DNA from: Chlorokybus atmophyticus
Taxonomy: Eukaryota > Plantae > Mesostigma and Chlorokybus algae
Assembly: GCA_009103225.1 (NCBI GenBank)
Contig: RHPI01000008.1
Location: 573,412-637,411 of the forward strand
DNA length: 64,000 nucleotides
Direction of reading: 5' to 3'
The notes below the pieces were generated by a model, which saw only the letters and a list, made by a program, of their open reading frames with translations, was not told where the DNA came from and searched no databases. The position numbers and the translations under genes are program-made. Below are positions 51,951 through 63,664 of the stretch, piece by piece; position 1 is the first letter of the stretch, and each line of letters starts with the position of its first letter.

Positions 51951-54900
51951 TTGTATTTCTTGATAAAGTTTTCTCTCTTTGTGATGTATCAGATGTATGG
52001 ACTGCTAATGAGCACACCACCTGTGTTGACAAATGCAAACGGTTGTGTTTTAATTAATATTCCATTCTCTGAATTGGTAACTGCTGTTAAGCCCTTACAC
52101 GAGTTGCAATTACAACATGCTGTCACTGCATGTGTAGTTATCCCTCAATATCATGGCTCGTGGTCGCGATTGTTGAAAGGGGGAGAAGTAATTATGCAAC
52201 TCTCACGCAAAGATACAGGAACTTCACCGTTACAAGTGATTTTTATCAAGTCTGCTACCAATCACGGCACTTCGACATTAGCTACATTTGATGGTCACTC
52301 AGTGCCTCTCAAATGGAGATTTGAGAGTCAACTTATGGGTACACCATGTACAGCATGGATCGATACTGGTGCAAACCATAACTTTGTTGAACATGCTTGG
52401 GTGAAACGTAATAACATACCTTTCACACCAACCACGTCGTATATACGTGCTGCTGGTTCCACCCTTAATGCAATTGGGGAGGTAAAGGGGCGTTTTTTTA
52501 TTAACAGCCACAAAACTCGACCAACTTTTATCGTGGTGGATATAGGTATCCCCGGGGTGGATGTTGTTTTGGGTGAACAGTGGCACACCGAAGCAGGTTT
52601 GCAATTGGACTCTCGAGCAAATACGTGCACCCTTCGTAAGGGTAAACGTAAGGTAACGTTAATCGCACCTGTACTCGCACGTGTTGCTCGCGACAATGTT
52701 CCGCTCCTCTCTGCTATGCAACTGAAACGTTGCATGCGCAAACGTGAGGAAGTATATTTGATGCACTTACGACAGGTAGAGACACCTATTGAACAGGCCG
52801 ACTCTGACCCTGTGGTGTAATCACTTACAGAACAATACGCAGATGTATTTCAGGATGAACTCCCGGAGTTGCCTCCTGATAGAAACATACCATTATACCA
52901 TTCCGTTGGAAGAGGGGGCAAAGCCACCTTGGCGGCCTATTTATAGACTAAGTCCCTTAGAACACGCGAAAATGGAAAATCAGCTTAAAAAGTTATTGGA
53001 CAAAGGTTTAATAACAAAGAGCATATCTCCTTTTGGTGCACCGATTTTGTTTGTGCCCAAAAAGAATGGCAAGCTACGCATGTGTATTGATTGATTACCG
53101 TGCGTTGAACAAGGTAACTGTGAAAAACAGATACCCTTTGCCTCGGATTGATAATTTGTTTGATAAGCTGTCAGGTGCAACAGTGTTCAGCACACTGAAT
53201 TGATCGGTGGTTATCATCAAATCAAAATCCACCCGTCGGATATACAAAATACTGCATTTTGCACCCCACTAGGACACTTTGAGTATAAAGTGTTACCATC
53301 TGAGTTAATAAATGCACTAGCTACATTTCAGACAGCAATGAACACGGTATTTGCTGATAAATTGTACAAGTTTGTACTGGTATATCTAGACGATATTATT
53401 GTGTTCAGCAAAACCCGGGAGGACCACCACAGGCATGTGGAATTGGGTCTAGCTAAGTTACACAAAAACAAATTCTATGCCACCCTATCCAAATGCAACT
53501 TTGCAAAGGATGAACTGCTCTTTTTAGGGCATGTGATTGGCAAAGAAGGATTGAAACCAGATCCTCAAAAGGTGTGTGCGGTGAAGGATTGGCCACCACC
53601 CAAGGATGTACATCAGTTACGTGCTTTCTTAGGGCTAGCCAATTATTTCCGCAAGTTCATGCGAGCATACTCTAGCATGGCAAATCCTTTAACATCTTTA
53701 CTAAGAAAGGATGTTACATTTGTATGAACGGAGGCACACGAGGTTGCTTTGACACGCATTAAAGATGCATTAACACAAGCCCCTGTGTTAGCCTTCCCCG
53801 ACCACACCAAGCCTTTTGTGGTGATCAGTGATGCTTCCACCATTGGGTGTGGGGCAGTCCTTCTACAGGATGACAGATCATGTGCATATGAAAGCAAAAA
53901 GTTCATTCCTGCTGAACGTAATTACACAACCACTGAGCAGGAATTGCTCAGGGTGGTGCACGCGCTGCGCACATGGCGTTGCTACGTGGAAGGTGTGGAG
54001 TTTTCAGTTATTACTGATCACAACCCGCTCACATTCTTTCATACGCAACAAAATTTGTCGAGGCGGCAAGCTAGGTGGAATGAATTCATTTCTCGTTTCA
54101 CTTTCACTTGGCAATACTGTCCGGGTCGCACCAATGTGGCGGATCCACTAAGTCGTAGCCCTGCTCTTTTGGCACTTACGCGCTCTCGTAGTACGCGTAA
54201 TGTACAACAGCCTGAAGATCCTTTCCTGAAGGAGGTGTCCACAGGTTATAACTTAGATGATTGGTTTAGCAGTCAAACCAACTTGCAACAGCTTACTGCT
54301 GTTAGCAATCTGTGGTATAAAGGGGAGCAGTTGGCAATTCCCAACTCGGGCGACTTGCGTAAGCAATGCTTACATTTAGTACATGACCCGCCATATGCTG
54401 GGCATTTGGGGAAACACAAAACACTCAAAGCCGCGCAACAGTTATACTGGTGGCCGTCAATGTCAGCTGATGTGGATTAATATGTTCGCACATGTGACGT
54501 GTGTCAACGTAATAGGCCACTACGACAAAAACAAGCGGGATTGCTTAAACCATTGGCAATTTCAGAACAAAAGTGGGATAGTGTCAGTATGGATCTGATT
54601 ACTGACCTACCTGAAACAGCAGCCAAACACACTGCTATTGTGGTTTTTGCCCCGTGTTGCACAACTGTGAGTGCACGGGACTTGGCACATTTATTTGTGT
54701 CCACGGTCTTTCGAGTTCACGGTGTACCGCATGAACTTATCACAGATCACAGATCGTGATCCTCGGTTTGTCTCCAAGTTTTGGAGAGAAGTTTGTGAAT
54801 TGTTGGGGGTAAAACAAAACATGATGACTGCGCTCCATTCGCAAACGGACAGACAAACTGAGCGAGCAAATCAAATACTGGAAGAAATGCTTCGCCACTA

Positions 54901-55582
54901 TGTGGCTCCTAACCATGCTGCTTGGGAGGTACTTGCCTATGGCAGAGTTCGCTATAAACAACGCGTGGCAGGAAAGTGTAAAGGAAACCCCATTTTTCTT
55001 GAATTATGGGATTCGCTTGAACACACCAGCGTCATTGCATGTACCTCGCAATGCCCTGACTGTACCAGCGGCAAAGGAATTTGCCACTGATATGCAAGAA
55101 ATTTGGCTCGAGCCAAGCTGTGTCTGTCAAAAGCACAGGACAGGCAAAAAGCTTATGCTGATACATATCGAAGAATGGCCACTTTCGATGTCGGCGATAA
55201 AGTTTTGCTTAACGCAAAGAACTTAACCATCAAAGGTACGGGTGCTCGCAAGTTGCTGCCCCGATGGTTGGGTCCTTTCTCTATCACTGATAGAGTTGGT
55301 ACCCACGCTTATAGACTGCAATTGCCCCCAAGTGTGCGTATACACAACGTGTTCCATGTGAACTTGCTGAAACCTTACCGCTCAGACGGTAGAACTCAGC
55401 CTCCACCACCACCAGTAGAGGTGGACAGCGAGCTCGAATACGAGGTGGAAGCTATATTGAACCATAAGCTAAATAGTCGAGGACGCGCAACTCGCTATTT
55501 GGTGAAATGGAAAGGGTATGGCCCAGAACATAACAGTTGGGAGCCCGATAGGCATCTTACGCACTGCCGCGAGTTGCTTTGA
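51951..55582 (+). pseudogene. Chromovirus pol: Dam-like segment, protease, RT, RNase H, integrase, chromodomain (frameshifted)
   Basis: AWIDTGANHNF, KPPWRPIYRLS, LRMCIDYRALN, VYLDDIIVFS, VISDASTIGCGAVL, HDPPYAGHLG, SMDLITDLP, LLPRWLGPF, EYEVEAILNHK...YLVKWKGYGPEHNSWEP. Confidence 0.95.
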
Positions 55583-56246
55583 GCTTATTGGGATTCACGT
55601 CCTGTCCAATAACCTGTGGGCTTGGTTTTATGACAGACTGGCAGTGCAGTTTCATTACCACCCTGTTATTTCCTGCTATGTCACTGGTTACAAGTACTCG
55701 AAATCAAGCATGATCAACTTGAGTGCAACGAGGACGTGGAAAACCTAAGTGGAGGGGAATGTAACGGGAGCAATAATAATAGGGGTATTATTGCTACCTA
55801 AATAACACATTCTGCATGAATAAGTACCTAAATATGCTTATTTATACGGTTCCTTGCTTATTAAAGACTATGATGCTTTATCATAGCTTAAATAAGTCCC
55901 AATGGGTGTAGAACCGCTTATTCAAGCCTATTTAGTGTCGCATTTGATAAAATGTGATCACTATCTCGTTAGGTACCTTATCGATAGGTACCTTATTTGA
56001 GCTGTGATTGGCTCACGCTAGATTTCCTAACTACCCTATCTGTAGGGTCAATGTCTAGTTGTGAAATAATTATCGAGAGGCATATAGTTGATATACTCTT
56101 GATATAAATGGTCACATCAAACTGATGTGGGGACTTTCAGTTCTTTGCTCAGTGGCGGCCACGCCGTTGAAAGGCTTGTCATAGGCGGTGTGGGTGTTGG
56201 GGTAGAGGATTCAAGGGGCATCACCGGCGACGGTGGTGCTGTTACA

Positions 56247-58700
56247 GCAGGTGTCGATGATGTTGAGGTTGGGCCCGGGACGTACGGAGCATTCATGCCT
56301 GGTGCGGGAGGAGGAGGAGGCGTTTCATTCTGAGCCTGGTTACCCTGAAGTGACATGCGCACGGCGTGCGCTGCCTTTCGAACTAGCATGCCTTCCTACG
56401 TGGCAGTTAATTTATAGTGGTGATTCTCTACAGCTCTATGTGTGGCATGGGCAGCATATAGACGGCTCTTACCCACATCAAGCGGGTGTCGTCTGTGATG
56501 ACGGTTGCGCCCAGCACATTGCGGATGAATGCGTCCAACCAACCGGTGGTGAGGCCCATGTCAAGGATGGCCATTGCTCTGACCCGTAGCGTGCCTGCGT
56601 GTCGCGGTGAGACCACCAGGTGTTGTGGGCGGCGTTGATGCGGTCAATGTGCCGTGCGTACTCCGGTCCAGGCAGGTGAGCGATGGCCTCGGCCACCCCG
56701 TTAGATGTTGAAGATATTCTTGTATCTAGTCAGCTTGCCCTGTGGATAAGATAGCCGCGAGAAGGGTCTAGTCGCGGAGTTCAGTCGAGAAGGGTCCAGG
56801 CGTGGACATGAACCTTTAGTCTGGAAGGTTTTTAGGCGTGGCGGTAGAATTCTTGTAGCTTGATGGTTACATTACTATATGGCGCGTGGTATAGCTTGTT
56901 GGAAAGTTCTTAAAGGTAGTTACGTGGCGCAAGCTAAAGCGCAATTAGTTGAGTGTGGAATGGCTTTTGGAGTAAACAGGTGCAGAACTGGCGGGTGTAA
57001 AATCCCGCGTGATGACTTGGTTTTAATTCTTTTGGATCAGCCTTATGTGCATGCCGCAGGAGCTGGCAGGGTGGTGCCTGCCCCTGATGCCGGTGTGGTT
57101 GCAACAGTGGGCTGACCTATTGACGACGGGCCGGCGCCGGATGCTGCGGGGGCATTTTGAGTGGTGGCAGCAGCTGCTGCTGCCGCAGCGAGAGCGTCGA
57201 TCTTCTTGCGCCTTGTCCTCGCATTCTTCGAGTTTAGAGCTGCGGCGTTGTTGACCAGACGATGCCCAGCGAGCATAGTGGCAGGTCTGAAAATCGTTTT
57301 CCTGGGCCTTGAGCTGTGTTTTCAGCTCCTAGGTGCGTGCTGCCATAGCAACTGCAGCTTTTAAAGCCGCGACTGCTGCCAATTGTCGTGCTGCAGCAGC
57401 GGCGCGGGGACGAGCGTTGTCGGCCTGGCGATGTGGAGGCTGGTTCTTACCCCGATAACCATTGCCTTCGTTGCGGGCTCCAGCGATGGTGTGGTTGGCG
57501 CTGTTGTTGTTGTTGTTATTGAACCCGGTGATTGGCCTCAACTTTGAGAACTTGGTATAGCACACTGTCTCAAAATGTCCTATCTTGTTGCAGTGATCAC
57601 ATACTAGAGCGGCATATTCCTCAGTGCATTCCTTCTGATAGTGACCGTGCCGTCCACAGCCATGACATAGAACCGGAGCAGTCAGAGCGGCATGAGCTGC
57701 ACGAGGTGGTCCCTTGGGTGCCGACCTCGTAGGCGGCTGATCTTGTGCACGCTCTCTGCGGCTTGGCTCAAGTGCTAGTGGGGCTGAGAGACATGAGACG
57801 GTGTGGGTGCCATCCAACACCGCCTTCTACCAGTTTTGTCGGTTGTAGATGGACAGTACAGCTGGTGACGCTTGCTGCAGTGTATACCCACGTGGATGAG
57901 TACCACTCAGCGTCATGCAAACACTGTTGCGGAGCATTGGCTCGAGCTCGGACACATAAACCACTGCTGCTTGCTCTTCTATCAGCACGCGAAAGTCTGC
58001 ATCTGACAGCAGGCCTTCCATGCGAGCATACATCTGGAAGGGGTCGTTGTCGAATTTGCGTTTGAAGTGACGCAGCTCATCGATGTTGTAGATGGTTGAA
58101 GGAGGAAAAGTATGCCATAAGGCTGCGTACAGGTCTGTAAGTGGGGATGCGGTGCGAACCACATCGATGGCAAGAGTGATTGGACGCAGGGTAACATATG
58201 ATGCGGACATCGTGCTACCTAATGTTGCAATCAGGCCAGGGGTTAGCGGCAGGCTCGCAGCTGTATCTTCCGCTGTGCATCAATGTGTCTGCAGCAGGAT
58301 GGCCATGCGCTTAGCCACACGGTCTTGCCGAGATGAGGTCAGAGCGACAATCCCTTCAGCTATTTTATCTGTGGTGCTCACTGCTGGTTCCAGTGTCTCA
58401 GCTTGCCGACTGATGGTGCGTATCATTGCAATAGACGGAGGACCGGGAACGGTAACACGAGCAGGCATTACCGGTGCGGTAGGGGTGGTGACCGCAGTTT
58501 TTGTGCGTGGACCAATGGCGACAGTCTGATGTAGAGCAACCAACCTCCATACTGAACGGGCCTTCAGATTTAGTGTCTGCGCGGACATCTGGAATGATTG
58601 ATCCTTGTCCAGGCTTGCTGCTGTTGTGGGTGAGAAAAGCCATCTTGGTCTCAAACTTGATGATGAACGCATTGAGTGCCAGAGTGCTAGGGCGATAAGA
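56247..58700 (-). mobile_element. Ty3/gypsy-Dnmt element, gag part (continuation of 45070-47310)
   Basis: Two zinc knuckles CHGCGRHGHYQKEC and CDHCNKIGHFETVC; gag-like ELRHFKRKFDNDPFQMYARMEGLL; removing the chromovirus rejoins VPGPTSTSSTPA-PSSSTRGAFQ in frame. Confidence 0.82.
56706..57040 (+). mobile_element. 3'-truncated Copia-family LTR inside the gypsy-Dnmt gag
   Basis: TGTTGAAG start; shares gcttgttggaaagt and ctggcgggtgtaaaatcc with the family; no TCAACA end. Confidence 0.7.
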
Positions 58701-58789
58701 GAAGCGCGAGGATCAAGAAGACCTAGAGGACTTCATCTCGTCGTTGTCCAGATCGTTGTTCTTGTTAGGGATGACTGAGGTGTACTGCC

Positions 58790-59206
58790 TGTTGAAGGTA
58801 TTCCATTAGTGATGCTTGTATCCGGTCAGGTCGCCCTCCACAGGAGTCGAGAGTCGAAGGTATGTTGGGCTGAGCACATGGACTCCGGACTTATCAAGGC
58901 GGTCGACCTAGGACGGACTCTGGACCAGATGCTGAGTAGTAGAGCGTTGGGAGAAACCGCGTAGCTTTGTGAATTTGTAAGCTTAGCAGTCGTGGCTTAG
59001 CTTGTTGCAAAGCTCTAATTGTGAGTTAGACAGTAATTTAGAGAGCGTCCAAAGGCTGAATATAGCGCACGCGATGCTCGCGAATGCAGACGTGTGTAAA
59101 AACTGGCGGGGTATAAAACCCATGGAGTTGTGGCATCAATGGCAGTAGTAGTCATGCTCTTGTATTGATGTTGTTGGTGAGTCACTTGCACGTGTGTATG
59201 TCAACA
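58790..59206 (+). mobile_element. Copia-family solo LTR (417 bp) without TSD
   Basis: TGTTGAAGG...GTCAACA, clearly similar to 49757-50214; flanks CTGCC/CGTCG do not match. Confidence 0.88.
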
Positions 59207-59863
59207 CGTCGTGCACCCTTCTCTCTTGATTAAAGCCCAGAGGTGAATGTGTTTGCAGTATTTGTATCCAGTGGCGCTCAATGTGACGAGCCACCTTGTA
59301 CCACTCGTTTGCTGTCATTTGGCGCATAGGAATATGTTCAATCGGTAAAATACCCCAGCTGTGTTCATCTCTGTGCCCCATATCCTTCTCCAGCGAGGTA
59401 GCCCTTGCTGCATCTGCCATCGATGCATGCTGTTTGACCCGCTCACAAGCGTTATTGAAGGTGAGGCCAATCCAATATTTTGTGGTGCCATCCACGGGAT
59501 ATACCACATAGATGATATAAGTGTTATCACCTAGATTTAACGCAAAACGCAAAAACAACTTTTCAAGACGATTCTCATGGATTTTGCGGCGAATTGGCAA
59601 GTTGGCACCATAGTAGGTTTGCTTGATTGTTGAAAGGATGCTCCGCCAGTATGCTGCGCTTTCCTCTCGTTCAGAAGCAAAGGAAGAGGCTTATGACTGT
59701 TTCGACCCTAATACTTGAGCATCCTTGGCGCGATCCACCCCCTCCAACCCGCACCCTAGCGCTCAGTAAGTGCGATAATGCTGGCCCCCGCCCTTGCAAT
59801 GTAGCAAACATAAGCCCAACCGACGATCTTGCCACCGTAAACTCACGCACACAAAAGCCCCAT

Positions 59864-60175
59864 TGTAGGGCTTGTAGAACCCGCATATGATGTGTGGTGC
59901 GAAGGGCTGCAAGCAACTGTTAAAATAGCCGCCTGTTTTAAAATTCTGGCATTTAATGGTGCCGTTAAATGCCAATATCCACATCCCATGCTCTGTAGGG
60001 CTTGTAAGACCCTCGTAGGGTTGTGTGGTGCGAAGGGCTGCAGGCAATTTGTAACTATCCGGCTATTTTGAGATACCGGCATTTAACGGCGCCGTTCAAT
60101 GCCAGTATCCACATCCCATTCTGTAGGGCTTGTAAGACCCTCGTAGGTTGTGTGGTGCGAAGGGCTATTGGCAAT
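59864..60175. repeat. ~2.4 tandem units of ~129 bp, each with a 26-bp near-palindrome
   Basis: Units start at 59864, 59994 and 60122 (tgtagggcttgt); palindromes GGCATTTAAY-GGYGCC-GTTMAATGCC at 59948-59973 and 60078-60103. Confidence 0.9.
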
Positions 60176-61078
60176 TTTTTGAAGCCAGTGTCATGTATGA
60201 GTTGTTTGTGACATGGCTACGCATAGTGGCGGCATGCGCGGCGATGGCGATAATAGCCGTTGAATGCCAGCATCCATGTCTCACATAATACTTAGTAGTT
60301 ACAAGCACATCAATTAGAAGTTGGTCACGTCACTAGGCAGAAGCTAACAAAGAGCGCAAATCCACATAAATAACAACTTGCACGACAAGTTTGCCATACG
60401 TAAACCACCGCAGAAGAGATTGGTGGGTGGTGAGCTCATGGAGTAGGAGGCAAAGCTATGCTAGGTGAATACCACCTTCAGACCGCAAAGGTCACAGAGT
60501 GCATAGCAGCCAGTCAATGCATGCATGCATGCGTGGTGGGTTACCACTCGTTGTACCACATATAGCGCAGATTGCACGCATTGATTGGGAGGATGCGTGA
60601 GTGATCACCACTGATCGGACCACAAAGGTCCAAGATCGCATTCAGCGCAATGCACCTCATATCAAGGCTTTCCCACCAGTGCCAGCATCCACGTCACATG
60701 CAGTAGGTAGCAGTGCGCAAGCACATCTTCTGCCAAGGCAAATCAAGCCAGCACAGCATTTAGCAATTGCGTACGGCTCGCGGGTATCATCTTCAAGCTG
60801 ACACCATGCAGAATAGTTCTGCATGGTGTCAGCTTGTAGATGATACCGCATGCATGCATTCTCGCGAATTTACGGAGATTTGAAGAATTGGCACTATAGT
60901 GAGTTCGCTTGAGTGTCGCAAGGATGCTTTGTCCGCTGAGAAGCGGAAACAAAGGTTTGTGATTGCTGCGACCCCAGCACCTGGTCGTCCTGGTCATTGT
61001 CTACCCTATCCATCCCGCGCACTAGTGCTTACCAAGTGCGCTAATGCTGGGCCCCCGCCCTTACCAATGAATACCAAC

Positions 61079-61167
61079 TGTCACGAATTGGGATAAATTG
61101 TGACAGACCTCACTCATGATAGTGTCTTTTACTACCATAGCCTAGTGGTCGGGCCCCAATTGTTACA
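61079..61167 (+). mobile_element. 89-bp solo LTR of the TRIM, perfect 5-bp TSD CCAAC
   Basis: TGTCAC...GTTACA; CCAAC at 61074-61078 and 61168-61172; reverse complement of 63700-63788 with one substitution. Confidence 0.96.
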
Positions 61168-61558
61168 CCAACCAAGCAGACAACTTAGGCACAGCAAGAT
61201 AGCGCAAGCAAGCAGATATCCCCACGCAAAAGCGTGAGCTCGAGGTTGCCCTTGAGGCTTGCCCCAAGAGCTGCCAGGGGCGATGGGAGCGGACCACCAC
61301 CCAAAGGTACGGGCTAGGCGTCAACTAGAACTCCGGGCCGAAAGCATAGTACACAACAGATGGATTAAGGCCAATCAGTCAAGCAAGCAAGCACGACACA
61401 GCAAAGCTGGATAATACAGCACAAGCAACGGGGTCGGGGGCCCCACCTAAGCTCTAGCTAAGTGCACTAGCTATAGACCGGGGGAGGAGTGTGGGCAGAG
61501 GGAAGGGGGAAGGAGCAGCAGCAAGCAGCAAAGACAGCACCTGCAGAGCACCGCGGGG

Positions 61559-62100
61559 TGTTGAGAGTATTCCTACATACGATCAGCATCGACCCTCCAC
61601 ACAGGAGTAGAAGGTCGTAAGGACGAGCACTAGGTCCGGACTTAGCAAGATGGCATCGTCGGACCAGACTCCGGACTCCAGACTGGAGCCTTACTAACTG
61701 CTTCGTATCTCCGCGTATACTTACTCATATTAGGCGTGTAAGAGCTTGTTGGAAAGCTCTGGTTGTAAGAAAGACAACACAACTTAGAGCGCGTCAAAGG
61801 GCTGAGTATAGCTTAGTATAGCTTACGCAGTGCTTGCAAATGTAGACGTGTGTGTAACTGGCTGGTATAAGAACCAGCGGACAACTTGTAATAGATGAAT
61901 GTGATGTGACTTGTGTATGCTCTGGTGGCGGTAGCTCTGTCCGTGTGTATCCATGCTTGCCTCAGCTACATGTGCATGCTAGTCCTTCAACAGGTTATGG
62001 GCCCACACTACGCTTGAGGAGTGTGAGACTAGCTTGTGTGCATAGTAGTTCTACACTACGGTAGCTTGTTGGTAGCAGAGCCTTGGGTGTCAACTGCAAG
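61559..62100 (+). mobile_element. Copia-family 5' LTR (61559-61992) with half-tRNA PBS; runs into an assembly gap (N 62101-62216)
   Basis: TGTTGAG...TTCAACA followed by GGTTATGGGCCCAC at 61993. Confidence 0.9.
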
Positions 62101-62216
62101 NNNNNNNNNNNNNNNNNNNNNNNNNNNNNNNNNNNNNNNNNNNNNNNNNNNNNNNNNNNNNNNNNNNNNNNNNNNNNNNNNNNNNNNNNNNNNNNNNNNN
62201 NNNNNNNNNNNNNNNN

Positions 62217-63278
62217 TTGTACTGAACCAAAACACAGGTGCCATGTGAAGAACTGCAACGAAGCAGCTTTTCAAGTCTGCGCGACGTGTCCAAACAGCCT
62301 CTGTCGACGGCACGCTGTGGGTAGCATGGTTGAGGTTACGTGCTCGCGATGCGCTGCATACGAAGAAGGTGGTGCTCCAGCGCAGCTCCCAAGGGAGAGC
62401 CTTGCTCGTCGTTCTCTGCCGGGCAGTTGCGGTAGGGTTTCACAACCTGTGCAGAGTGGGCTTCAACACGTTGAAGAGAGTGGGGATGAGGCTAACAATG
62501 GTAAGCTGCTGTGTGCTTGAGCTTGTTGATTTGCGTTGTGGTTCTTGCCCAATTGAACCATTTATGGCTGCAGAGGCAGTCATGATGGAAGTTGACGATG
62601 AAGACGAAGAGGGCTGTAATCAGCAACCCACGACGGCTGCGGCAGTTGTAGACCTCGTGGGCAGCGATGATGATATCATGGTGCTGGACGATCCAGTCAG
62701 CAACCCGCAGCCGTCAACACCGCAGCCACTGTTCATTTACCCTAGTGCAAGTGCACGTGATGCGGTGCCAGTGCTTGAAACGGACACGAGGTTGCTGGAT
62801 GGCAGACAAGAGCTCAATGACACCATCCTCCACTTCTTTTGCAGGTATGTGATTTGTTGCGTCTGTGTTATTCGTGTATCTCATATGTACGTGGGATGCA
62901 CATGCAGATACAAGGAAGAGGAAATCTTAGACAGAGCAGATGGCATTCAGGTGAAGCTGTTCCACCCGCATTTCTACACCAAGATCGTGCGCTGCCATAG
63001 ACAAAATGACTGGCACACGAGCAATCACAGGTTAGACAGCTGGGAGAGTGATCCGTTTGCCAAGAGGTTGCTGGGAGTGATTGTCAACCCAGACACGCGG
63101 TGAGAATAAGCGCCAAGAATATCTTGATGAATTGCTGCTGTATTTGCAAACTGGAATTATTTTGATTGTCCACAGGACTCACTGGAGTCTGCTGCTTGTG
63201 TGCAATCCTGGAGGCCAACTTGGAAGTGACACGCCGCCTTTACTCGTCCATCTCGACTCCCTTGGCCTGCATCGCGAC
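62217..63278 (+). CDS. Ulp1/C48 SUMO-protease-like gene with N-terminal Cys/His zinc finger, interrupted by the TRIM array
   Basis: CHVKNC...CATCPNSLCRRH...CSRC; VVDLVGSDDDIMVLDD (SIM-like); LFIYP...LDGRQELNDTILHFF, VKLFHPHFYTKI, HWSLLLVCNPG...LVHLDSL; GT-AG introns. Confidence 0.8.
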
Positions 63279-63315
63279 TGTAACAATTGGGGCCCGACCA
63301 CTAGGCTAAGGTAGT

Positions 63316-63319
63316 AAAA
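63316..63319 (-). terminator. Candidate Pol III T4 terminator in the TRIM LTR (second copy at 63740-63737)
   Basis: The only run of 4 or more T on the - strand of the 421-bp unit. Confidence 0.55.
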
Positions 63320-63664
63320 GACACTACCATGAGTGAGGTCTGTCACAATTTATCCCAATTCGTGACATTCCTCCCCAATTTAACCCATGAGTTCCTCATA
63401 ATCCAATGAGGCACTAGCCCACGTCGCCGTTTTCGCGGCCGCACCACAATCGGTCGGTGCCCGCGGCCTGTTGGATCCGGCCAACGAACGGTCATGACCG
63501 ACCGAACGGCCATCCTCACCGCGCGACCTGCCATCGCAGCGCGACCGCTCACGCGGCCTTAGGTTGAACTGGCTCGGCGCGCAGGTCGTGATCCCGCGCC
63601 CAGCCTAGGGCAAGCCGCCCCAAATGTTTTTGTTGTTGCCTTGGATCTGCCTCAGTCCCCTACG

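Larger units (their letters stand above)
47311..56246 (+). mobile_element. Full-length degenerate chromovirus (Ty3/gypsy) with GCAGG TSD
   Basis: LTRs 47311-47820 and 55760-56246 (TGTAAC...GTTACA); TSD GCAGG at 47306-47310 and 56247-56251; PBS-like TGGTATC at 47822; PPT AGTGGAGGGGAA at 55748-55759. Confidence 0.96.
59207..61558 (-). mobile_element. Penelope-like element 5' part: pLTR copy, long leader, N-terminal GIY-YIG endonuclease
   Basis: IIYVVYPVDGTTKYWIGLT...ERVKQH...IERHWIQILQTHSPLGFNQE (59136..59600 ORF); no CCHH residues between the GIY and YIG motifs; 61369-61558 is the reverse complement of 44872-45069. Confidence 0.8.

Noticed and set aside
59700-61558. Hammerhead or HDV ribozyme in the Penelope leader/pLTR
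   Set aside because: I found no CUGANGA...GAAA core or convincing nested double pseudoknot by eye
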